Source of the DNA: Candidatus Marinacidobacterales bacterium
Lineage (GTDB): Bacteria > Acidobacteriota > Vicinamibacteria > Marinacidobacterales > SMYC01
Direction of reading: 5' to 3'
Assembly (NCBI GenBank): GCA_965197495.1
Contig: OZ240210.1
Coordinates: forward strand, 3,803,836 to 3,867,835
DNA length: 64,000 nt
Both the position numbers and the translations under genes were made by a program. The notes beneath the pieces were generated by a model. It worked only from the letters and a program-made list of their open reading frames with translations. It made no database searches and had not been told where the DNA came from. Positions 1 through 7,772 of the stretch are shown one piece after another (the stretch's first letter is position 1; the number at the start of each line of letters is the position of its first letter).

Positions 1-704
1 CTGAGGTCCAAGACTTCGATCTCGGTGCCTTCAGCGGCGAGCCGCTCCGCCACGCCGAGGCAACTATGCACCATGGCGCCGTAAGTCACGATCGTGAGAT
101 CCGTTCCGTCACGCTTGACGTCGGCCACGCCGATCGGGACCTCGAAATCTTCTTCCGGAACCTCTTCGCGAATCCGACGATAGAGATGTTTGTGCTCCAA
201 ATAAATGACGGGGTTGTTGTCGCGGATCGCCGCTTTCAGGAGTCCTTTGGCCTCGTACGGTGTCGAAGGCTGGACCACTTTGAGCCCGGCGACGTGGGTG
301 AACCAGGCTTCCGGGTTTTGCGAGTGATAGGGCCCGCCCCGAAAACCTCCCCCCGACGGTCCGCGAAACACGACGGGAACGGGAATGCCCCACCGGTAAT
401 AGCATTTCGCCGCGAAGTTGACGATTTGATCGAAGGCGCAGGCGATGAAATCGGCGAATTGAAACTCGACGACGGGCCGGAAACCCATGATCGCGGCACC
501 GCACGCCGCACCGGTGAAGCCGGACTCCGAGATCGGTGTATCGATGACCCGCTCCTCACCAAACTCTTCGATGAAGCCGCGCGTAACTTTGAACGCGCCG
601 CCGAAAACACCGATATCTTCCCCCATGAGGAACACGGAAGGGTCACGCCGCATTTCGTCCCGCAGCGCCTGACTGATCGCATCCAAATAACTGACGACGG
701 CCAT
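1..704 (-). CDS. 2-oxo acid (pyruvate/branched-chain) dehydrogenase E1 component, beta subunit; N-terminal ~234 codons, 3' end lies beyond the window
   Basis: Own translation of the reverse strand from ATG at 704-702: MAVVSYLDAISQALRDEMRRDPSVFLMGEDIGVFGGAFKVTRGF..VIDTPISESGFTGAACGAAIMGFRPVVEFQFADF..VVFRGPSGGG. This is the E1-beta/transketolase-like pattern. It is absent from the ORF track because no stop lies in the window. ORF 66..851(+) is its antisense shadow. Confidence 0.85.
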   Translation of the reverse strand, partial: MAVVSYLDAISQALRDEMRRDPSVFLMGEDIGVFGGAFKVTRGFIEEFGEERVIDTPISESGFTGAACGAAIMGFRPVVEFQFADFIACAFDQIVNFAAKCYYRWGIPVPVVFRGPSGGGFRGGPYHSQNPEAWFTHVAGLKVVQPSTPYEAKGLLKAAIRDNNPVIYLEHKHLYRRIREEVPEEDFEVPIGVADVKRDGTDLTIVTYGAMVHSCLGVAERLAAEGTEIEVLDL

Positions 705-750
705 AGCAATTCCAATAAAACGGCGAAGTATAACACGCGCGCCTTGCAGA

Positions 751-958
751 GGACCGCTCGTGTAGGGAGAGGTGGGGAGGTAAGACCGTCAGATCTTCGC
801 TTTATCCCCCTATCCCCGACTTATCCCCACCCCCCTGCCTTAGGACCGTGAAAGGAAAAGGAGAGGTGGGGATAGGAGGGGAGGTGGGGATGAAAAGACA
901 GATCAGATCTTTGCTTTATCCCCGCATCCCCTGCCTTAGGACCGCTCGTGTTAGCTGC
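751..958. repeat. two tandem ~95-bp copies of a G-rich/C-rich imperfectly palindromic unit
   Basis: The blocks GAGAGGTGGGGA, CAGATCTT(C/T)GCTTTATCCCC and CCTGCCTTAGGACCG occur twice in the same order. GGACCGCTCGTGT occurs at both outer ends. Confidence 0.7.
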
Positions 959-1099
959 GCGACACAGAGAGGCCTCGACGCACGCTCCATCGGAGTCGCA
1001 TGCCTTCGGCGGCAATGGCGAAATTTCGCGCCGACTTGCCGTGTCGTCGATTCAGCGAGTAACACGACGTATAGTTGGCGATTTTGGACGTTGGCGGCA

Positions 1100-3466
1100 T
1101 TAGGTTGCGCGAGCCTCGCGCACCCCAGACCTCGAGCTCGATATCGCCGTTCGGCGATCCGGCCATTGACGGTCGCGGCTTTGTTCGATCTCGGCGCGCA
1201 GTGATTCAGCGAGAGGCTGGAATGCCGACTCGCCGCGGAGATCTCTCAAAACCCCGAGCCCCCACGCAACCTCCTCGACTTCGCTCTCGATACAGTCGAG
1301 CATGACCGATTCGCCCTCGTCGTGGTCGCTATAACCGCGGTCGGATAATGCGAGGAGAGCTTCCTGCCGGACCGGCTCGCCAGATGATTCGTAGGCTTGC
1401 CACAACGCGGCGTGTTGATCGAAAGAGCTCAACCTGCCCGCGAGGCGCGCCCTGCGGGCCCGTGCCTGAGAGGAAAATCCCGGGTCGACGATCGCCTTTG
1501 CGAGAAGCGGCGCGGCCTCGGTGGGCGCGTCCAGAAGTGCCCTCGAGGCGTCGGCTCGGAAGCGCGGCTCTTCGAGCTGACGAATGACAATTTCGAGCGT
1601 GGATGAGTCGCGCCGCTTACCGGCGGCGCGCAAGGCGGCGCGGCGCACCTGGCGGTCACCATCCTCGAGCAGAGACAACAAGATCGAAGACGTCTCGTAC
1701 CATACCGTGTCGCCTAGAACTTTGCACGCGAGCACACGATCTGCGGGCTCGGCCGCGATCGCGAGCTCTTCGAGCCGTTGCTGGGCCCGCGCGGCTCCGT
1801 TCGATCGCTCCCGCGCCTGCAGAACGCCGATCAGAGCGCCCCGTTCGACGGCTCGGTCCGGATCGTGCAGGTAGCACGCGACTTGATTCGTCGGATCGCC
1901 TAACGCCGCTAGGGCGCGCAGTCCCGTGGCCTTTACGACAGGAACGCTCTCGTGGCTCACGAGACGACCGACGGCGTCGGCGAGTGATTCGGGGCGATGA
2001 GTTTCGATCTGCAACAAAACGTAGCGACGCACGTCGTCGGAAGGATGCGTCAAAAGCTTGCTCCAGCGCTCTTCGAGCGAAGCGGAGTCGACGCGTTGCA
2101 GTAGGTCGAGGGCGAAGATCACATCCTCGGGATATTCACTCGTCAGTTTGCTGCAGATCAGCGTGACGCTCTTTTCGTCCTTGATGGAAAAAGACGTTCG
2201 ATCCAGAGACCTCTTCTCGAGAGCCCGAACGAGCGCGGTCCCATATTCGCGAAATACGAAGCTTGCGACGATCGTCCAGGCCGCGAAGTTCGCGAGCATC
2301 AGATAGGTCAGCACGGCGGCGAGGGCGATGGCGAGCGGCGTCACGATGGTCTCGACGACGATTTGCGCTGCGAGCCTTTCTCGGCGTGGGAGGGGCTGGT
2401 AAAGAATCTTGAAGGACGGGTTATCGACTGGATGTTTCAGGGTTTTGTTAGATCCCCTGGTTTGTGATGACGAGCCAGAACATCGCGGCAGGCGCGGAGG
2501 CTTGGCCGCTATGGCGATCGTGCAGATGAAGTGCGCGACGGGAAGCACGAGAAGTCCGGCGCCGACGCCGAAGCGATTGAGGAGACGGCTGGAGATGAAG
2601 ACCCGGATAAGAAGGTTGATGACTTGCGTAACACCGGAGAATAGACCGAAGAAGCTTGCGAGGTTTTCGACGGCATGCCACTGGGTCTGCATTTGCGTCA
2701 TAAAGGCGAAGTCAACGAAGTACTTGCCGAGCACGGCGCAAAAAGCGAGCAGGAAGACGAGCTTGAAATACCGGTTGCGCCAGATGGGTCGTATCGATTG
2801 CTTTTTCCGCGGCCTGGTTTTTTCGCCATGACTCACCGTTTCGGTGCTCTGGCCTCTCACTTCCGGAAAGCTTCGGACGATCGCGCCGAGAATTAGCGCG
2901 CACAACAAGAGCCCTGCGGCGGAAATCCACAAGAGGTTCGCGACGCCGAACCACATCACGAGAAGCGGCACCGAGAACGCACCGAGGATGCGCGCCGTGA
3001 CCTCGCCCGAGCCAATCAAGCTGAACAGGCGTTTCGACTGCTGCATGTCGTAGAGTCGCGCGGCGACGGCCCAGAACTCGAGGTCGGTAAGGATCGAGAT
3101 GAGCCGATAGGTGACTATCATCGAGAAGACGAGCCAACTTGCTTGAAACACGCTCAAGCCGAGCCGCATCAGGCACACCAACACGAAGAGCATACCGAGA
3201 GTGCCGACCATGAGCGGCGTGAATGCCAGGCGATCCTTCAGGCGGGTATAAGTAAGCCCCGTCGAGATGCTGACCGCCGCGGCGGCCAGATAGACGAAGG
3301 GAAGGGCCGTCGCGTCGAATTGCGCGAGGAAGAAAACGCTCGCCGCCGTTTCGAAGAAGACGGTCGAGATCCCCATGAAAAAGGAGTGGAGCAGCATCAA
3401 GGACGCCGACTTTTCCTCGCCTGAGCGAAGATTGAGCCATGCGTAGAATCGGTTGTTGCTGTTCAC
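1100..3466 (-). CDS. polytopic membrane transporter (MFS / ATP:ADP-antiporter-like) fused to a C-terminal HEAT-repeat domain
   Basis: 788-aa ORF. The N-terminal ~430 aa are hydrophobic multi-TM (FFMGISTVFFETAASVFFLAQF.., KILYQPLPRRERLAAQ). The C-terminal half has repeated HEAT-like units (DVRRYVLLQI, DRQVRRAALRAAG). Confidence 0.7.
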   Translation of the reverse strand: MNSNNRFYAWLNLRSGEEKSASLMLLHSFFMGISTVFFETAASVFFLAQFDATALPFVYLAAAAVSISTGLTYTRLKDRLAFTPLMVGTLGMLFVLVCLMRLGLSVFQASWLVFSMIVTYRLISILTDLEFWAVAARLYDMQQSKRLFSLIGSGEVTARILGAFSVPLLVMWFGVANLLWISAAGLLLCALILGAIVRSFPEVRGQSTETVSHGEKTRPRKKQSIRPIWRNRYFKLVFLLAFCAVLGKYFVDFAFMTQMQTQWHAVENLASFFGLFSGVTQVINLLIRVFISSRLLNRFGVGAGLLVLPVAHFICTIAIAAKPPRLPRCSGSSSQTRGSNKTLKHPVDNPSFKILYQPLPRRERLAAQIVVETIVTPLAIALAAVLTYLMLANFAAWTIVASFVFREYGTALVRALEKRSLDRTSFSIKDEKSVTLICSKLTSEYPEDVIFALDLLQRVDSASLEERWSKLLTHPSDDVRRYVLLQIETHRPESLADAVGRLVSHESVPVVKATGLRALAALGDPTNQVACYLHDPDRAVERGALIGVLQARERSNGAARAQQRLEELAIAAEPADRVLACKVLGDTVWYETSSILLSLLEDGDRQVRRAALRAAGKRRDSSTLEIVIRQLEEPRFRADASRALLDAPTEAAPLLAKAIVDPGFSSQARARRARLAGRLSSFDQHAALWQAYESSGEPVRQEALLALSDRGYSDHDEGESVMLDCIESEVEEVAWGLGVLRDLRGESAFQPLAESLRAEIEQSRDRQWPDRRTAISSSRSGVREARAT

Positions 3467-3531
3467 GAATGGTGGGTCCTGGGCTTCACGTGGCCGGTAT
3501 CGGGTACATGGGGAAGGGGAGGCTCAAGGCA

Positions 3532-3838
3532 TCAGCCCGGCACCTCGACACCAATCGCTTGATGGATCAACTCGCGCATTTCGCGAATCAACGCATCGTG
3601 GCACTGGCCTTTTTTCAGGAGGACCGTCGTTGAGCTTTGAAGGCGCGCCGGTTCCTCGGGGGTGACGTCTTTGGCGGTGAGCACCACGACGGGAATGCGG
3701 CTCCACTCGTCGTTGCTTTCGCAACTCCCACTTGGAGAGGAACTGTAGCAAGGCGGCATCGGAGCTCGAATCCGAGAGGTCGGCGCTCGGAAGGACGTTC
3801 TCGCTCTTGTCCTTCCCTTTGGGCTTGTCTTGTGACAT
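3532..3838 (-). pseudogene. response-regulator receiver domain remnant (frameshifted, N-terminal part missing)
   Basis: Frame 1 gives MSQDKPKGKDKSENVLPSADLSDSSSDAALLQFLSKWEL. Frame 2 continues ESNDEWSRIPVVVLTAKDVTPEEPARLQSSTTVLLKKGQCHDALIREMRELI. Together they look like the C-terminal two thirds of a CheY-like receiver without the acidic pocket. Confidence 0.5.
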
Positions 3839-3871
3839 GGGGAGCTAAGAAAATCGTAGCATCCCGAACGC

Positions 3872-3913
3872 AACAAGAAAACCGCGGAGAAACGAGAACG
3901 TCTCTCCGCGGTT
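3872..3913 (-). terminator. rho-independent terminator of the aminotransferase gene
   Basis: A 12-bp perfect stem (3880-3891 / 3902-3913, AACCGCGGAGA..TCTCCGCGGTT) with a 10-nt loop. On the minus strand it is followed by TTTTCTTGTT. It lies just 3' of the stop at 3922. Confidence 0.75.
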
Positions 3914-3921
3914 GGAGAGGG

Positions 3922-5226
3922 CTAGGCGGACTTTGGCAAGCCTGTTTTCGCGATGTGCTCGAAAACCTCGCAGAAATAGTCGAGCTCGTCGAGCGTCGTG
4001 TAGACGTTCGGCGTGATGCGCAGGCCGCGGAACTCATCGTGATTGATAGCGACCACGATGATCTTGTGTTTGTCCCAAAAATAGGTTGCCATGGCGCTCG
4101 GCTCCGTGCCTTGGAGCTCGACATTCGCGATGGCGCAGCTCATCTTGGGATTCATCGAGGTATGAAGGCGAACTTTTGGGATCTCCATCAACTTCTTGGC
4201 CCAGTAGTTCTTCAAATAGCGAAGGCGTGCTTCTTTGGGTGCGGCCCCAATTGTGTTGTGGAACGTGATCGCTTCGCCGGTCGCGAGATAGGGTGCTTCC
4301 GAGTGCGTTCCAATCTCTTCGAACTTGCGAATGTTGTCGTCCATGCGCTCGGGCGCCGCCATGAGTGGCCAGAGTTTTTCTATTTTGTCCCGCTTCACAT
4401 AGAGCAGCCCTGTTCCCTTCGGCGCGAGGAGCCATTTGTGGAGGCTCGTCCCGAAATAATCGCAGCCGAGATCTTCTTGCTTGAACTCGAACTGAGCAAA
4501 GGAATGGGCGCCGTCCACCATGACCTCGATGTCGTGCTCACGGGCGAGGGCGCAAATCTCCTTCACGGGCAGGATCTGCCCCGTGAGATTGATCTGGTGC
4601 GACATGAGGATCATTTTCGTTCTCGGCGTGATGGCGTTCTTGAAGCCTTCGATGAGCGCCTCGTCGCTCTCCGCGGGCGTCGGGATGGTGAACAGCGTCA
4701 CGTCGATACCTTCACGGCGGCTGCGTTGATCGAGCGTCGTGCGCATCCGGCCATAGTCCTGCGTCGTGGTGATGACTTCGTCGCCCGACTTTAGATCGAT
4801 GCCGAAGAGCAGGATCTCGAGCGCCTCGGACGCGTTGCGGACGAGTGCTACCTCCTCGGGATCGCAGCCGAAGACACGCGCGAGGCCCTGGCGGACCGAC
4901 TCGCGGAACGGGGGGAGCAAGCGCGCCAAGGTGTAGGACGGAGCTTCTTCCTGCTGCCAGATATAGTCGACGACGGCTTCGGTGACGATCCGCGGCGAGG
5001 GGCAGCAATAGCCGTTATTGAGATTGATCATACTACGCGACACGCTGAAAGCCTGCTGGATTTCACGCCAGTAGGTCTCGTTCTGCCCTACGTCGACCGC
5101 GCTCTGCGTCGCCACGCTGCGCGTAGCCGCCTCGACACGGCCCAGGGTCGCGGGATCGAAAAGCGAGCCAACACTGTAAGCGCCCATCCCCGCGCCAAGG
5201 GTCTTCAGAAAGCTACGTCGTTCCAT
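3922..5226 (-). CDS. class V aminotransferase-fold PLP enzyme (isopenicillin-N-epimerase/cysteine-desulfurase-like) with twin-arginine signal peptide
   Basis: The ORF is 3922..5259. The likely start is the internal MERRSFLKTLGAGMGAYSVG (Tat motif RRSFLK). The body contains HQINLTGQILPVKEI..VMVDGAHSF..GTSLHKWLLAPKGTG (PLP-lysine context). Confidence 0.85.
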   Translation of the reverse strand: MERRSFLKTLGAGMGAYSVGSLFDPATLGRVEAATRSVATQSAVDVGQNETYWREIQQAFSVSRSMINLNNGYCCPSPRIVTEAVVDYIWQQEEAPSYTLARLLPPFRESVRQGLARVFGCDPEEVALVRNASEALEILLFGIDLKSGDEVITTTQDYGRMRTTLDQRSRREGIDVTLFTIPTPAESDEALIEGFKNAITPRTKMILMSHQINLTGQILPVKEICALAREHDIEVMVDGAHSFAQFEFKQEDLGCDYFGTSLHKWLLAPKGTGLLYVKRDKIEKLWPLMAAPERMDDNIRKFEEIGTHSEAPYLATGEAITFHNTIGAAPKEARLRYLKNYWAKKLMEIPKVRLHTSMNPKMSCAIANVELQGTEPSAMATYFWDKHKIIVVAINHDEFRGLRITPNVYTTLDELDYFCEVFEHIAKTGLPKSA

Positions 5227-7713
5227 TTTTTTTCTCGTTTCTCGTGGAGCGTTCAGCATTCAGGACATTCAATAACACGCCTGAATCCTGAATGCTGAAT
5301 ACTGAATGCCGATCACAGCCAAAATCGGTTCTCATGAAGCGGACGATGTCGCGGGTCCATACGTTGGCGACGAAGCTCGAGCCGCAATAGATCTTGGCGA
5401 CGCCCGTCATGCCTGGCTTGAGGACGTGATCGTCGTTGGGAACATGGGCGCGTAAGAGGATCGTCGACGCGTGGCCGCCCGGCGTCGCCACCGGCACGAT
5501 CTCGTCCACGGTCGCCTCGAAGCTTCGCGTGGGATAGCCGCGTACCTTGAATTTCACGCGTTGGCCCAGCTCGACGACATCGATGTCTTTTTCCGACACC
5601 GGCATCTCCACGACGACCTGGTCGTCATCCGCTATCTCGTAAACCTCGGCGCCTTCTTCGAGATAGTCGCCGACTTTTTCTTCGAAGCGATAGGTCGTCA
5701 ACGTACCCGAGATCGACGCGTAGATCTTCGTACGCTCGAGTAGGTCGTCGAGCTGCGCGAGCTCGGCTTCTAGCCTTTCGATGACCGCCTGCTGCGCGCC
5801 GGCGTCGCGCAAGTGCAAAACCTCCATCTGCTCGTTGCGGCTATCGGGGCTTTGTTTGCGCACGAGAGCAATCTGCGCTTCAGCCTCACGGCGCCTTGCT
5901 TCGGCTTCTTCGAAGTCGTTTTTCGTCAGGTCGAATGCTTCCTGCGAAATGAGGTCGCTCGTCCGGAGCTCTTCGTCGCGCTCGAAGTTTTGTTGTGCCG
6001 CGTGCTCCACGGTAAGCGCGGTCTCGAGTGCACGCTCCTGGAGCCGAATCTCCTCCCTGGAGGTCGGGTTCGGCTTGGCTAGCAAGCGAAGCTCTTCACG
6101 CGCCTGCCTGAGCTCCGCTTGTTTGGTTCGCCTCCGAAGCCGCAGCTCGGTCGCGTCATATTCGAGAAGCAAGTCGCCCTTCGTCACCCGCTCGCCCTCT
6201 CGGACATGGATTATCTCGATGCGCCCGTCCACTGGGGCGCGCACGATCTGCCGGTTCATCGGAAGCACGGAAAGCTCCGACGGCACCCGCAGCTGCCAGG
6301 GGAAGGCCGCGGTCACGAGAAACACTCCGCCCCAGAGAAAGAAGAAGCGCGGCCGGCGCCTCTTCTCACCGAGATTCTTCCATTTCTCCTTGCTCACATC
6401 CTTCGCGGCAGAAGCGGCGGTCAGCGCCGGTTTGTGCAGAAGACCTACGAGCGCCAGCGAAAAAAGCGCCAGCGCATTGGCGCCGAATTGATCGAAGACC
6501 CAGCCGCCCGAGTGGAAGACGAGAAAGCCGATGAGAGCGACCGTGTAGATGAGCGCCGCGCCGCCGAAGAGCGTCATGAACCGATCGCCGCGCATCGACA
6601 GGATGCGTCGAGCCTTCAGCTCCGCTGCTCGAGGACGCGTTTCGAGCGCCGCGCCGCGCCGCAACAGATTCGACAAGCCCGCGAGCGCCTCCTTTCTCAA
6701 GTTCGCGATACCGAGATAGTCCGACAGCAAGAAGTAGCCGTCCATCTTGATGAGCGGGTTGAAATTGAACAAGCTCCGGATACTGCAAACCGCCACGATC
6801 ACGAAGAGCGCTCGTGAAACGAAGGTCTCCGGGGCGACGACGCGCCACGCGAGACGCTCACCGCCCAGATGAAGAGCTCGAAAAAGCCGCCAGCAAAGAG
6901 AACCCACATGCGCTGGCGTTTCTCTCGCATAAGATAGGTGTCGCTCACGTTGCAATAAAAGCAAGGAACGAGATAGAGCAACAGAAAGCCCATATCCGTC
7001 ACCCGTCCGCCGAAGTGGCGGCACGTCAGCGCATGGGCGAGCTCGTGCAAGACCGTGACCGCCGCAATCGTGGCGATCACGAAACCGAGACTCTCAAGGC
7101 TCACGACGTTCACCAGGCCGAAGACCAGGTCGTTGCGGTTCGCGATCAGTACACCCGAGGCCGCGAGGATGGTGACGCCGACGAAGCCGACGAACAAAGG
7201 TGTGAAGCACCACTTCAGCTTTGGATAGAGCCAGTCGGAAAGCCGCTCCGGATTCGCGAGGGGGAACTTCCACGTCAAGATGCTCGCCGGGCTTCCCGAC
7301 CGGGCCGACCGTGCTGCCGGGATCTCGCTCTCGTCGCTTATGAGCAGCCCGACGTCCCGAAACTTAGCGGCGAAGCGGGCCAGCACGTCTTCCGAGACGA
7401 GAACTTTTTTCTCCTCGGAAGCGCGCCTTCGGATCTCTTCGGGGGGCGTCTTGCCATCGAATTGGGACACGAGGTAGTGCTCGAGCGGCTTGATGCGGAA
7501 AAAGCGGTTCGTTGAAGGATCTTTGATGACGTAGTAGAGTGTTCCCTCTTCTTCGACGGGCTCCATCACGACATCGGTGCGAAGCGCGAGAAGGCGGCTC
7601 TTAGGGGGAGCCTCCGAGGGCGGGGAACCACAATGCGGACAACGGAGGCCCGAGCCCGCGCTTCGGGTCGCGAAGACCCGGTGGCACTGTTTGCAACTCG
7701 TCGCGGCCGACAC
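5213..7713 (-). pseudogene. zinc-ribbon + M50 site-2 protease + HlyD membrane-fusion fusion gene, split by a 1-nt frameshift near 6850
   Basis: The upstream ORF carries CKQCH..CPHCG and the HELAH motif, and ends ..FAGGFFELFIWAVSV. The downstream ORF resumes LAWRVVAPE..NFNPLIKMDGYFLLSDY (second M50 motif), then a coiled coil and HlyD barrel. The probable start is GTG at 7713, after AAGGGACGAGAG. Confidence 0.7.
5249..5315. repeat. CTGAATN heptanucleotide hairpin element, copy 1
   Basis: TTCAGCATTCAGGA (5252-5265) is the perfect reverse complement of TCCTGAATGCTGAA (5286-5299). The right arm is the tandem heptamers CTGAATC CTGAATG CTGAATA CTGAATG. Confidence 0.8.
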
Positions 7714-7772
7714 CTCTCGTCCCTTCGTGTTTGGGGCCACCCAGGGAGCCCTTTTTGAGGCGAGTATTGTAA

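Noticed and set aside
66-851. 261-aa plus-strand ORF
   Set aside because: It is the antisense shadow of the E1-beta gene. The translation is Arg/Asp/Gly-rich with no family pattern, while the opposite strand gives a textbook E1-beta sequence.
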